A DNA stretch of 64,000 bases from Balanoglossus misakiensis (GCA_040954595.2 CM082581.2:2596699-2660698); one strand, 5' to 3'. Counted from the first letter of the stretch, positions 33,976 to 48,242 are shown. Translations and numbers: made by a program. The notes: a model not told the origin generated them from the letters alone.

Positions 33976-36900
33976 ATGTAACGTGTTGGCGGAAGGTCTG
34001 AAGAAATTAGACCAGTTAGTGCGACACGCAATCAATTTGGATTTTCCAGAACGAGTCATTGATGATAAAAGAGAGCATTCACAGGAGGACAAGAAGTTCC
34101 TGAATGAAGTGAACAAGTCAATCAAACTCAAAGATGGACATTACGAAATTGGATTACCATTTCGTAGTGAAGAAGTCAGACTACCCAACAATGAGCAGTA
34201 TGCTCTGAATCGCCTGAAGTCACTTGAGAGGAAATTCAGAAGAAATCCCAAGTTCCGGGAGGACTATAAGAAGTTCATGTCAGATATAATTGACTAGGGC
34301 TACGCTGTCAAAGTTCAGCAAGAGAGGCCACAGCAAGACGATGGGAGGATATGGTATATACCTCATCACGGAGTCTATCACCCAAAGAAGCCAGAGAAGA
34401 TCCGTGTTGTCTTTGACTGTTCGGCGAAGTTCCAGGGGATATCTCTCAATGACCTATTATTACAAGGGCCGGATCTGACTAACAATCTTGTCGGTGTGCT
34501 GTTGCGATTTCGTCAGGAACCAGTAGCGCTGATGGCAGACATAGAAGCAATGTTTCACCAAGTACAGGTGCCCAAAGAAGACAGTGATTGTCTACGCTTC
34601 TATTGGTGGCCTGAGGGAAACATTAACAGCCAGCCAGAAGTCTACCAAATGCGGGTTCATCTATTTGGAGCAGTATCATCTCCAAGTTGTGCGAATACAG
34701 CCCCACACAGAACTGCTCAAGACAACAGCCACAGATTCAATACTGAAGTCATCGACACCATTATGAGAAATTTCTACGTGGACGACTGTCTCAAGTCAGT
34801 GAGTAGTGTGCCCGAAGCTATGAAGTTAGCACAAGAACTGACAGCAGCTTGCCAGATGGGAGGCTTTCGTCTGACGAAGTGGATCAGTAGCAGTCGTGAG
34901 GTCTTGGAATCTATTCCCGTACAAGAAAGAGGCAAAGAAGTTAAGCAACTGAAGCTCGACTATGATGACCTGCCAACCGAACGTGCTCTAGGGGTGTATT
35001 GGTCGGTCGAACCAGACACTCTGGGATTTAAAATAGACATCCAAGACAGACCTGTAAGCAGAAGGGGCATATTATCAGTCGTCAGTTCGGTCTACGATCC
35101 GCTGGGATTAGCATCACCGTTCATACTGCCAGCGAGAATATTACTACAGGATCTGTGCCACCGAAATCTCGGATGGGACCAGACGATCAGTCAAGGAGAT
35201 CAGAAGAGATGGCGACAATGGCTAACCGATCTCCCACAACTAGAAGAACTGTCAGTAGATAGATGTTTCAAGCCGGCTGATTTTGGAGAGGTGAAGCGGT
35301 GTGAAGTACATCATTTTTCTGATGCAAGTCAGCATGGGTATGGAACTGCGTCCTATGTTCGCCTGATGAATGAAGACAGAGAAATTCACTGCGCTCTACT
35401 GATGGGAAAAGCCAGAGTGGCACCACTCAAGAAGACCACCATTCCTCGTTTGGAATTGATGGCAGCTACCGTGGCAGTCAGAATGAACAAGTTGTTGGAG
35501 AGGGAGTTGGATCAGCGTATAGATGTGGTATATTTCTGTACAGACAGCATGTCAGTACTGAGATACATCGCCAACGAGACCACCCGTTTCCACACCTTTG
35601 TTTCAAATCGAATCAACATAATTCGTGAAGGTTCGGAAATGCACCAATGGAAGTACGTAAACACACAGTCTAACCCGGCTGACGATGCTTCCAGAGGGCT
35701 GACTGTACACCAGTTTCTCCGAAACAAGAGATGGATAGAAGGCCCAGCGTTCCTATGGGGACCGGAGAATGAATGGCCTACACAACAATCGGTATCGAAG
35801 ATTATACCGGAGGATGACCCAGAGGTCAAGAAACAGATAAACGCCGTAATAGCAGACACATCCACACTGGTGATTGATGACATCATATCACGTGTTTCCG
35901 TCTGGAAGAAACTCAAGAAGACAGTGGGATGGATTCTTTTGGCGAAGGAAAAGCTAAGAAGATTAGTTCAACAGAAAAGGATGCTGAGAGAAAATCTCGA
36001 TGAAGAACCTGAGACGAAAGGTAAAGAAGAGCTCAGCAAAGAAAAGATGAGAAAGAGGGGAAGTAAGGAGGAAAGTGAAATTCCAGCACTCCCATTCGAA
36101 ATGTTACAAGAAGCAGAGAAGGCGATTATACGCTACACACAACATTGTCACTTCCCGGAAGAAGTCACCGCCCTACAGAAAGGTGAAGAAGTGAAGAAAT
36201 CCAGCCCGCTTTACAAGCTGGATCCGATGCTGAAAGATGGGATAATACGTGTTGGCGGACGTCTTGAGCGAGCCTCACTACCAGAAGAAAGCAAGCACCC
36301 AATGGTCCTCCCAAGGGACACTCCAGTATCGAGACTCATCTGAGAAGAGATACATCGTGCGGTCGGACATATGGGAAGAAACTCAATGTTGGCGAGACTA
36401 AGGGAGAAGTTTTGGATCCTGCGAGCAAACACTGCAGTCCGTAGCATTATAGCAAAATGCGTGATCTGTCGAAGATACAGAGCGAAGGTCGGTGAGCAGA
36501 AAATGGCAGACCTGCCGGCAGACCGCATCACACCAGAAGAAGCACCATTCACGAGAACAGGTGTAGACTACTTCGGCCCGTTGGAAGTCAAGCGTGGTCG
36601 CAGCACTGTGAAGAGGTATGGAGTGATCTTTACTTGTTTGGCGACACGGGCTGTACATCTCGAAGTGGCACACTCGCTAGATACAGACTCATGCATCAAC
36701 AGCCTTCGACGATTTACAGCAAGAAGAGGACAAGTGAAAGTGATCAGATCTGACAACGGAACCAATTTCGTCGGTGCCAATCGTGAACTACACGAAGAAA
36801 TTGAGAAGTGGAATCACCACAAAATATCTGAAGCCCTATATCAACACAGTGTGAAGTGGGAGTTCAACCCCCCAGCGGCATCTCACTTCGGAGGAATATG

Positions 36901-37453
36901 GGAACGTCAGATCAGAACCATACGGAAGATATTGTTCTCCTTGATGAAAGAACAGGCTATTCGTTTAGATGATGAAGCGCTGCAGACGTTGTTCTGTGAA
37001 GTTGAAGCCATTATCAACAGTCGCCCCATCACCAAGCTATCTGATGATCCGAATGATCTTGAAGTTCTCACACCGAATCATCTACTGATGTTGCAGCCCA
37101 CACAGAATCTACCACCTGGTATATTTTGCAAGAACGACAACTACGCTCGTCGCAGGTGGCGCCAAGTACAGTACCTGGCAGACATATTTTGGAAGAGATG
37201 GGTTAAAGAATATCTCCCCCTGCTGCAGGAAAGGCAGAAGTGGCTCAAACCCAGGAGAAATCTCACCGTGGGGGACGTGGTCTTGATTGTGGACAACTCT
37301 GCACCAAGAAATTCCTGGCCCCTAGGAGTGGTCATCGATGTGAAAAGAGACAAGAAGGGATTTGTGCGTGTTGCAACGGTGAAGACCAAAACATCGACCC
37401 TGGATCGACCAGTGGACAAATTGTGTGTGCTGTTGGAAGCTGATGGGGTATAG
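33976..37453 (+). pseudogene. BEL/Pao pol (RT, RNase H, integrase), right-arm copy
   Basis: Same motifs as the left copy, with premature stops at 34295 and 36341. Confidence 0.95.
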
Positions 37454-38639
37454 AAACGACTGAAAAGTGGACACATGCAGCTAAGTGGCAATAACAATAT
37501 ACACTACAGACTGAATGTCCTGTTCTACCTGGCGCGCCTGCTCCTGAACGCAGCAAGCCAGGTGGCTCGCCTGGCTCGCCAGGCCCGGTGAGCGTGTTTG
37601 CTGAGCGCGCCAGGCTTGAATCCTGAATATTCATGAGCTACCTGGCTTGCATGGCCAGCCCGGTCACAGGAAGCGCGCTTGTTTACCTGGCGCGCTAGAC
37701 TTGCTCCTTGTCTATGGGCTTCATTATGTGTAGGGAACGCGTAGGCCCACGCTAGCACTTCGTGTTTCTTGCTAACAGGGGATTAGCCCGCAGAATCTGT
37801 GTGCGTCCACACTCTAAACGGACATATTAAGATCAACGCCGTCTAAATGGCAATGTTTAGGAACACGGCAACTAACAAAAAATGAGGACGTCGACGACAT
37901 GTAATTGCAACACATCTCAGTTTCTATATGTACCTGGATATGCGTTCTAGACGACTTTGTCGTCTTCTTCATGACCGTTTTGATATCGTTTAGAAGTACC
38001 GGATGTTAATCCACACATCGAAAACGCCTCGTCTTTTCGGCGATCAAAAGAACCTAAATTAAAGTTGGTGGCGGACAGAAATGTTGCAGACCCGGCTAAC
38101 CACGAGTGGTTAGAAAACCACTCGCGTCCAGTGTGATTGACTCAACAATGGAAACTGACCCAAGACAATAGGTTACCTAGATAAACATAATCAAAAGTCA
38201 CGACAGGGTTGTGCTTTGCGTTCTCACTGTATATTTGCTTCGGTCTGTATCTGAACCACCCGTCATCGCTGTCGAAAATTAACACCGGCGCAGCACAGGC
38301 GAAAAGCATTCTCCGTCGGAGTCGTATCTGAATCGTTGCTACACCAGTACTACACCGTTGAAAACGTTAATCAATGTACAACTCTCCTTCTCAACATAAG
38401 TTTTATTTCAGACTAGGCATTCAGGGAGGGGCGTTTAATTCACTACGAACAAAATGTGTCCGTTGTCAGTGTTAGTTTTCTTTTTTAAGCATTTAAAACC
38501 ATAGTACCTCCATGTTAAAACACAATTACACTACATTAGTTGTACAAATGCAAGGGAACATTTCCTTTCTGAACGAGAGAATGACAATCCGACAAACATG
38601 CTGATAAAGCCCCCCCCCCCCCCGAAAAAAAAAAAAAAA

Positions 38640-39488
38640 CATAAACGGCGGAGAGCTTTATCGATTGACTTGATGCACTGTTTTGACCACACGTCGCGCT
38701 CGGCGGATCGCGGAAAATCGTGGGATAATATTACCATGGCTTGTGCGTCGCATTTTAATTGGTCGAGATGAACGACGTCACTGACCACAAATACTCAGTA
38801 ATGGTTTGTTTACATCCCCGTAAATCTGAATAGTAATATTAGCAAACAGTTCAGTGAATACAAAATTTTGCGTAACACAAGTTCCGGGGCCCCTAGTGGG
38901 ACATTTTCGTAAATTTTGACGGTTTTCTTGATTTTGTTGGTAATATAATGGAAATAACCGACTCCGCCCTGACCATAAACGTTTGTTTATGGGCGCGGGC
39001 TCGAGGAAAGCCAAAATTCATGGGCGAGGCTTCCGAGCCCATTAATTTTTGGCTTTCCCCTCGCCCTTGCCCATAAACAAACGTTAATGGTCAGGGCGGA
39101 GTCCATTATTTCTAAAATATTTTCGGAAAGTTGCTCCTTCAACTTTCTTAAGCCTTCAGGGACTTAACTTCAATTTCTGTTTGGTACCCCCAAACACACG
39201 CCCTGTGCAATTACGTCCGGCGCGTTCACTCGGCGAATAAACCATAAACACAAGGTTCTTGGCAAAGTTGCCTATAGAGCAACTTACGACCTTACACCGG
39301 TCTATATATGATTCTGGTATGAGAACATCCCCGGTGATAGGAGGGAACCATAGTGGAGGCGGAGTAGTCTCAATCATCCCCGTTGTCTGCGGAGACGTGA
39401 GAATCGGCTGTACTGCCGGCTGTAGTGTAGTTTGGAACGGTGGTGTAATATCAGCGGCTGGGCGTGGTGGGAGTGGTGTTGGTGACAA
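38640..39488 (-). pseudogene. BEN-domain-like gene relic inside the CACTA element
   Basis: A P/T-rich linker is followed by GNFAKNLVFMVYSPSERAGRNCTGR..KLKLSP*RLKKV and, after an insertion, DVWSKQCIKSIDKALRR. The pattern resembles BEN domains by eye. Confidence 0.6.
38733..39115. mobile_element. Small hairpin-ended insertion (Crypton-like non-autonomous element)
   Basis: Flanked by AATATT direct repeats (38727-32 and 39116-21). It has a ~165-bp imperfect palindrome at 38951-39112 and splits the BEN-like frame. Confidence 0.55.
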
Positions 39489-42085
39489 GGTGGGCGGCTG
39501 GTGGAATCGGCGGGGGCATGTTCATAGTGCCTGATCGAATGAATTGAACGATCGTTACACACATTATTGTCGCGGTGAACGGACGCGCGTATACGTGTTG
39601 TCGATCACAGACAACAGTGTGGTCGATACTCTGACTGATTTGTCTTAGTTTCTCTGTTTGGGAAATGGATGAAGTCACATTATTGTGCTTTGTAAGACGC
39701 AACTTACAATACTAGTATGTATCTAATATTTGAGTCATAGATTGTTCTTGTTTTCATGAGCCTGACACTCAGAACTATGACCCTAGGGTCCTAGTGACCG
39801 GCGCATCAAATTGTATTTTTAAAACAAACCACAGACAAAAATGTACTGACTTCAGAAGTTTTTGTTCATTGAGTTCACACATATTTTATTTTGAAGTACT
39901 GACGAACAAAAAGGTGATAACAACCTGAAGAACGTGGCTGGCCGAGCATAAACATGTAACACCCGTGGACGCTGGGAGATACAGTACAGAGAAAGCGGGT
40001 AGATTTTTACTCTGAAACAAAGATAAGCTTTAATAGATGCAGTGTATCACTATTTCCTAAATTTACATCACGACCGCGCAACGTAACTGCGGTCCATTGC
40101 ATGTAAGTGTGCGGGCATCTACACCAAAAACAGCGACACGGTGCCGTTACAATTATTCCAGCTAAATATAAACACAAGAAAACACGAATCGCGATCTGTG
40201 GATTCCCTGGATATGATTTTGAATCTGCAATAGACTCTATAGTTTTGGAGATCATGTTGAGGAGAAAAACTTGATCGCACAAATTAGTGAAAAATACATT
40301 TATGGGGTAGCCGGTACGATCCTACTGACCAAAGGCTACCTCCCGGGGCCCACCCCATTAACACCTGTGATTTACTAATATGCAGGCTAGTCACCAGTAG
40401 GCTTTCTTTTTCCTATTATGCAGATTATTCTTCATTGTTGATTTCATATGAGTATCAATGCGTATGACTGCTCGCAGTATACTCTCGGTCTTGATTGTTC
40501 TGACTTTTTCGTCCATAAATCTGACTACGTCCGCGACCCTTGTGGAGTGACCGTGATTCAACCAAGCGAAAATAGCTACCCATCACTCTAATTATTGCAG
40601 CTATATCGCAATTTTGATCGTGACATAGGCCATATATACTTTTAAATTTAAAAGGGAAAAGGAAACTTTTACTTTTGATGCATTAATTTACGAGCAGTGA
40701 TTTAAGTGTGAAAAATAAAAGTACGTTCGAAGCCCTCGCTGTTTCTTCTGACAGCGGTATAGCCTCAGCGGGTTTTCCCGCTCTGCACTCGGATAGAAAG
40801 CAGAAAATCCACAATGTCTGACAGGTGACAGGTAGTAACTCGGATAGAAAGCAGAAATATAAGGAAAATCCACAATGTCTGACAGGTGGTCAGTTTGTAC
40901 AATGAGTAACTCTCATGACGAATCCTTTATCTTCGAAAGAGACCACTTCAAATTGGGAGAAACAATTAGGTGTTAACGATAATGGCGTTGCTTTGTTGTT
41001 TTTTCTGTGCTGATAGGCATTTTTGTATTGGGGTAAAGAAAATTGTGTACAAATTATTACACGTCACATTTGTCGACTCCTGTATTTCAAAACACATGGT
41101 ACCACAAACGAGAACATGCACCGTCTCCCCTCACTGCCAGTCCCACTGACATCGCCCCTTTACTGAACTAGGCAACAATGAGTCAGGTTGGGCCATTACC
41201 GATAAGCACCGAAACGACTGGGGTGTTGGGGCCGAACAGACCGGGGTCGTGAAAATTGGGGGCCGAAACGATTGGGATCGAAAATCTTTTGGGCCGAAAC
41301 GACCTGTTACCGTATTGACAAACAGATAATCCTCGCAAAGTTCGGTCGTATTTAAAGTACAAAGGATCTTTTCCTTTTTGTTGTTGTTGCTCGATGGATC
41401 ATTATTCAGAAGGTCTATATTTGAACATGCACGTCTCTATGGCTTCTCAGTGTACATGTACAGTATATATAGACTGTGCCGCGTCGATGGTTCCTGGTCA
41501 TTTGTTCATGTGGCAACGAGTTTCAATAAGTTATATTTGCATATCGAGAGAGTGTGTTCTGCATTAAAGTTTCCGCCCCAAGCACTAGATTACTGAATAA
41601 GTTCAGAGCTGATTCTCGACTTTAGTAGTTCCGACATCGATGCATTTTCCCGTTTTGCTGTTTTTTTGTACTTGAGGACATTTTTATTCTACTCTGATGT
41701 GACTTGTCCCTATTATTTTTCGCATGTTCTAAAATAAAAAAGAAATGTTACTTCACAATAATGTCATACATGTATGTGTGCACCTGTATCTAACTCACTG
41801 ACGGTGAGTTTAAGATCTACTTAAACTGGCATTGAATATGGCTGGAGTCTTTGCAATAGTTTGACAGAATGAGCACAAGCTAGACATTTCATAGTTATTC
41901 AGGAGTGCTTGTTTGATGCGGATTGTATGTTGTTACATGGAGGTGGGACGGAGAGGAACTACACCTGCTACTCTTGTTTTTGAGGCAAGTCTGTGATTCC
42001 ACTTGTTTACCGAGTAAACACGACTGTTTATTGGCAAGGCTAATCGCATGTGGCTGACAACAAAAGGAAATCAATAAAATAAAAG

Positions 42086-42472
42086 TGTCACGGTTGTCGC
42101 CGTTCATCCCAACATATTCACACCAAACAGGTTACGGGTAACAAAGACATAGGCCTTACATTTAATAACTGAAATGGAACAAATACATGTCAGTTCCAAC
42201 GTGTGTGGCCGGTCTGGCTACAGAGGTGAACTGACCAATTTTATGCACCATGTCCTTTTATATCAGCAATTACATCATAGTGCCAGATTAGCTTGTGTTC
42301 ATTGGTCAAATGAAACTTCCAGGTGGTTTGCATATAATTAAGATCAACCAATTGAAGGTAAGTACTATTACGTCATATGAATAATTGAATAACTAATTAC
42401 TATAAGATACAGGTATAACATACATACAGATATACATGTATACAAATTCAATGGATCAACAAGGCCGTTACA
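42086..42472 (-). repeat. 3' LTR
   Basis: Direct repeat of 49246-49632; one mismatch noticed (TTCATCCC vs TTCATTCC). Confidence 0.97.
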
Positions 42473-42531
42473 CGCACCCCTGCGAGGAGAAATGGCGTCC
42501 TCGTCATTTAAAGTAAGTTAAAGATATTTGA

Positions 42532-45500
42532 TTAATAGTGGCAATTAATAAATGGTATAGAAGATAAAGTCGTATGAGCAAACTGTTTTAGATTCCATTG
42601 TTCGGGACTATATCTATCTGGAGGTCGTCTCTGTCGTGTAGGATAGCGTGGTTCAGGTTGAGTACTACTACTGGAGTCAGGACTGATGTTGGTTGTAGCA
42701 GGAGTGATACCATCTGGATCGCTCGATGACCAACCATCCGTACTTTGCAAAATATGATTCGAGAAATCTGAGGTAAGTACTTGAGAAGGTCCATCCGGAT
42801 TAACCATACTTGTGGGGTTGTCCATCAGGGAACTTTCTCTTCTGGATGGGATTAATTCTGCAGCAGTAGGATTAAGAGCATTGTGTTCTGTTGGCAAGTT
42901 GATAGTTGACACGAATTGCAATTTACCAATGCCGTCATCCTCTTCGTCCACTGCATCCTGGGTAGCATCATTGATAACACCCGGTACACTCTGCTTAACA
43001 TCACGCTGCGTCATCTTGGTGTTAACATCGTCATCCAGTTCGTCCGGAATTATTGGTATTGGGAGTAGCAAATTTCTATGTAGTGTCCGCTTCCTTCCAC
43101 CCTTAACTTGTTTTTGTACCACGTATACTGGAATGTCTTCTATGGGCTGTGAAATCACTGTATATGGATCCTTTTCCCATTGGTCTGCCAATTTGTAATT
43201 GTCTTTAGGTCCTGTATTCTTCACCAACACAGTATCACCAGGTTGTATTATGGCCACCTTCACTTTTCTATCATATGACTTCTTCTGCCGTTCACCAGAC
43301 TTAACAGACCGTTCCGTTGCTACTTTATAGGCGTAATCCAACCGTTCGGCAAGTTTCGTCACATAATCAGAAACTGTTCCACCATATTCTAGGTTGGTCT
43401 GGTCTGCATGTCCAGATACATCTATAGGCAGTCTTGGTTCACGACCAAACATCAAAAAGAAAGGTGAATATCCGGTGCTTTCATGCTTTGTAGAATTATA
43501 GGCATGAACCATCGTATTGACATGTGAAGCCCATCTTGTTTTGTTGTCTTCATTCATAGTTCCAAGCATCTGTAATAACGTCTTATTAAATCGTTCGCAC
43601 ATTCCATTTCCCTGGGGGTGGTATGGAGTGGTCCTGGACTTCTTAATATTTGCTATTCGGCAAAGTTCCTGAATTGTAGACGACTCAAAGTTTCGCCCCT
43701 GGTCACTGTGTAATCGTCCTGGGAACCCATAATGCAAAATCAAATGTTCAAACAATGCTTTGGCAGTTGTTTTGGCAGACTGGTTCTTTGTAGGTACTGC
43801 TATAGCGTATCGAGTGAAATGGTCCGTCATCACTAATATGTTGCTATATCCTTGATCTGGTGTTGGTATATGGAGAAAGTCGATGTACACCATTTCCATC
43901 GGTTGTGATGTGTGAATATTAACCAAGGGAGTTCTGGGTAAGGAAGTTGAACTTTTCCTGCGAATGCATGGTAAACAATGTTCCACTTTCTTTTGAACAT
44001 CCATCGACATCCTAGGCCAGTAGAATCTTCGTCGTACCAGATCCAGGGTTTTATCTTGGCCAAAGTGTCCAAGTTTATCATGTAGTTCCTCCAGGACATC
44101 TTTTCTATGGTGTACTGGTAAGACAAGTTGCAAATATTGTATATCATCGATGAAGCATTTCCTGTATAGGACTCCATTCTTCAGAACAAGGCGTTTCCAA
44201 TCTCGTATAAGTAGTCTGATATCTCCTGTATGATCTCTCATAAGTGGTTTGTGGTCCTTTTCAAGCTGATCAGTCACATACCGTATTGTTGAATCTTTGG
44301 ACTGCTCCGTCTTCCAAAACACATCATCCCCACCTTGAACTACTGCAGGTCTGTCCTCATCTGCTACCATTCCGAATGAAGTTACGTATGGACCTTCTGT
44401 TGCTCGACAAAGCGCCTGGACTACATCGGCTCCCAGATTGGTTTCCGTCTCTGGATTCTCTCTATTCCATGGAATCCTAGACAAAGCGTCAGCCTCTATA
44501 TTCTTCTTACCACTCCGGTAAACAATAGAGAAGTCGTACAATGACAAGTCTGACAACCATCTGTGTCCCACCGCATCCAGTTTCGCAGAAGTTAACACAT
44601 ACGTCAAAGGGTTGTTGTCTGTAAACACAGTGAATTTGCTTCCATACAGGTAGTCGTTGAACTTCTTGGTGACGGCCCATTTCAGTGCCAAAAATTCTAA
44701 TTTATGAGCTGGATAATTACTTTCAGACTTGGTGAGTCCTCTACTTGCATAGGCAATTACTCTGAGAATACCTTTCTGGCGTTGATACAGCACTGCTCCC
44801 AGACCTGTGGAACTTGCATCAGTATGTATTTCAAATGGAAGTGAGTAGTCAGCAAAGGCTAGTATTGGTGACGACATTAGGCTCTTCCTCAGAGTGTCGA
44901 AAGCTTGTTGTTCCTGTTGTCCCCACTGGAGTTTTTCAAATTTTCCCGCCTTATTCCTTGACTGACGTCCACACAGCAAGTCGTTAAGTGGCTTGGCAAT
45001 ATTACTGTAGCTTTGGATAAATCTCCTGTAATACCCTGCAAATCCAAGAAATCTTCTCAGTTCTGTTACAGTAGTGGGTATTGGCCATTCCTTCAGAGCT
45101 GCTACCTTGTCTGGGTCCGTTGTAATTCCGTCGGCTGATACCACGTGTCCAAGATATTTCACCTTCTTCTGGAATAAAACACATTTCGTTGCCTTCAACT
45201 TTAATCCATGTGATGCCAGCCGCTGGAATACCCGCTCCAATCTATTGAGGTGGTCTTCAAAAGTCTTCGAAAATACTATGATGTCATCTAAATACACACA
45301 ACATTCTCTGAACGCCAATTCTCCAAAACACTTCTCCATGAGACGCTGGAAAGTTGCAGGTGCGTTGGTCAGACCCATAGACATACGGTTGAATTCAAAT
45401 AAGCCGAAGTTTCCCACCGTGAAAGCTGTCTTCGCTTTGTCGTCTTCCGCCATCTCTACTTGGTAATATCCAGACCGTAGATCAAGCGATGAAAACCACT

Positions 45501-46790
45501 CGGCGTTATTAAGGTTATCAAGCGTATCTAGTACCCGGGGTAATGCGTAAGCGTCTTTAATGGTTTTGGCGTTGAGACGTCTATAATCAATACACACCCT
45601 CAGCTTCCCATCAGGTTTTCTGACACATACAACATTTGAGGACCACGGGCTGTTTGATTCTCTAATCACACCACTCTGTAGCATATCTTGCAGGTACTGT
45701 TGCAATTCTTCGTACATACCCATAGGGATTCGACGGTATTTATCTTTAAAGGGGGTTTCATCCGTTAACTTTATCGAATGTGTTACCAATGTTGTGTGTC
45801 CCAAATCTCTCTCACCTGTAGAGAACACGGTTTGCCATTTACCAATGGTAGCCAAGGCTTGGTCTTTCTGGATTTCTGTTAATTCTGTATCTGCCTCTTG
45901 TAATCCCAGGTCTTTTATCAGCCAATCGGGTACTTTTGGTGAGGTGGTCCCATCTGAGTTTGTATCAATATCATCTCCATATGGATCTAAAGGCTGTGAG
46001 ACATTAGATGCTAAGTTCATGTTACATAGGGTGCTTTTAGGGGGAACTGTGACAGCACGTGCTCCATAGTTGGTCACCATTACTGGGATTCGACACGAAT
46101 TACCACGAGGCTCTAACTTCAACACGGCTGGAGTAACAAGTAAACCACCAGGTAAAAGTCTGTCATTTTCTGGTTCCACCACAACTACTGATTGACAATT
46201 TCTTAGGTCCACTCTGCAAAATCCATGGATGACTGTGCGTTCGTATGGTCCAATGGTTGTGGGTTTAGTAGTGGTAACTGTAAATGTCCTACCTTCGGCC
46301 CTCTGCCGGTGGATAGTCGCTTGGTATGCTAGTCTCCATACTGAGGATAGGTCTGTACTGTACTGTGTATCTTCATCCACAAAATGTTGGAGAACATTTG
46401 TGCCTATCACAACTGGAACCATCTGATTATATTCCGTGTCTTCAACAACAAGCAATAATATATCTTTAGACATCTCTTGTCCATGGCTATCTGGGAATTT
46501 CACTTCAACTTCAATATAACCAAGGTAAGGAACTTCTGTACCACTAGCCCCTTCTACCTTCACCAAGTTGTTCAGGTCATGAAGTGGTTTCTGTAGCTTC
46601 TCTCTGTTAAAAGTGTCAGCAACAGTAGATACCATGGACCCGGTGTCTATCAGCGCAATACACGAGGATCCTTCCAACACAATCTCAGTTTCATTGGCGT
46701 GGCCTATTAAAGAATCAATAACATTAGAGGGACTGTTACCGTTCCGATCTAGCGCATGTCCCTCCGGATGCCTGGTCGCTCCCCATTTAA
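42532..46790 (-). CDS. Gypsy pol (PR, RT, RNase H, integrase), probably entered by -1 frameshift
   Basis: 1382-aa ORF (42532-46680) with LIDTGS, CIDYRRLN, LDLRSGYYQ, YLDD, TDAS, FTDNNPL, HSDQG and ERFN. It overlaps the gag end near CCT TTA AAT. Confidence 0.95.
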
Positions 46791-48242
46791 AGGACAGTCT
46801 GTCTTTTTGTGTCCATGTTCACCACACTTGAAGAAGTTGCCTGGGAAAACTTGTTTGGGTTGGCGAGTTCCATCGTTGCCACGCCGATCCCGGCCATTTT
46901 CATTGTTGACACGTCGGCGAAAAGTAGACTCTGGAGTTGATGATGTTGAAGTTCGCTTCTCTAGTTCAGCAACCTTCTCAGCTAAGTTCTTCAGACCTTT
47001 GGTAAGTTCCTCCAATTTGGTTATCATCGTCTTGTCAGCAACAGTTGCTTGGTGAACCCTGGTAGTGGTCTCCCTATTTACTTCGAGCTTTCTTGCGGCT
47101 AGCAACAATCCTGAATAATCTTCTCCCGTATCATATCGGTGTCTGATTGCATTCTTAATGTGCTCATCTGACAGGCCAGAAAAGAATTTGGTTCGAAGCA
47201 TGGTTTCTTCTGAATTACTAGAGATGGACTGACCTGATCTGAGTTCATCCAAAAGTCCTTCGATGCGACAGGCCCATTCTGCTACCTTTTCTGTCTTCGT
47301 TTGTCGTGCTGTATAGAATTTTTCCAAAACTGCTTCCGGTGGCAATACTTTCCCAAAGACCATGTCCATCTTCGCCATCAATCGGGACACTGTGATGTCT
47401 TCTCCCATATGTAGTAGGACTTCAGCAGCGGACGCTCGTAGGGATTTCCGAACAGCCTGCATAATTATGGTCTCCGGAAACACATTCTCCCTCTGTAGTG
47501 CTCGAACTTCATATCGCCACATTTCATAAGTGACATCACCTTTGCCAGAGAAGACGACTATTCTTGGGAATTCCACCGAGTGAAAAGCAGTAGTGGCTGT
47601 GGCTGGCTGTGCAGCAGCTGCTTGGGCAGGTGAAGACATAATAAATGGTGAAGAATCTGCAACTGAAGTTGGTACTGGAAATGCTGGAAATGGAATCGGC
47701 TGTGGCATAGGGGTTGATACGATTGGTTTCAGTGGAGCAGGTGATATGGCCTGTGCAACCGCTTTCCTATCTGCTTCAGACAGTAAACTCAACATGTTAA
47801 TAATTTCCTGTACATCTGCTTTGGGTTTGGATGTCTTGGGATCACTGGTTTCATTGTAATCTAGGCCAGTACTTTGTTCGGTTTCCTCAATTAAATGCCA
47901 CAGTTCCAACCCTCGGGCTGTGGTCACACGACTTGCCCGTAATTTGCTTTCTTCAAAAGTGCTTTTATGTATTACTGGCAGAGCGGCTGTGGCTGATTCT
48001 ATATTCTCAAATATGACAAAAGCGGAATCTTTATCAGAAATATAAATTTGATCAACCTGGGCCAAACAAAGCTGTAACTCGATAAATTCTCTAAAATGTT
48101 TCTTTGTACATTCAAAAGGCAAGTGTTGCACATAAATGCTTCGCTCTTGAATTGATATTTTGGACACAGCCATTTTTTTTTCCATAAAATGACAGGCAAT
48201 TTGGGAGGACTCTGACGTGTCGTTAAATACGATGCATTGCAA
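46749..48242 (-). CDS. Gypsy gag (PNMA-like capsid, N-terminal RRM-like segment, degenerate CCHC)
   Basis: Contains IYVQHLP...SAFVIFEN, FSGK..TYEMWRYEV, FYTARQ..E.V..W..R.E and FFKCGEHGHKKTDC. Confidence 0.9.
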   Translation of the reverse strand: MQCIVFNDTSESSQIACHFMEKKMAVSKISIQERSIYVQHLPFECTKKHFREFIELQLCLAQVDQIYISDKDSAFVIFENIESATAALPVIHKSTFEESKLRASRVTTARGLELWHLIEETEQSTGLDYNETSDPKTSKPKADVQEIINMLSLLSEADRKAVAQAISPAPLKPIVSTPMPQPIPFPAFPVPTSVADSSPFIMSSPAQAAAAQPATATTAFHSVEFPRIVVFSGKGDVTYEMWRYEVRALQRENVFPETIIMQAVRKSLRASAAEVLLHMGEDITVSRLMAKMDMVFGKVLPPEAVLEKFYTARQTKTEKVAEWACRIEGLLDELRSGQSISSNSEETMLRTKFFSGLSDEHIKNAIRHRYDTGEDYSGLLLAARKLEVNRETTTRVHQATVADKTMITKLEELTKGLKNLAEKVAELEKRTSTSSTPESTFRRRVNNENGRDRRGNDGTRQPKQVFPGNFFKCGEHGHKKTDCPLNGERPGIRRDMR

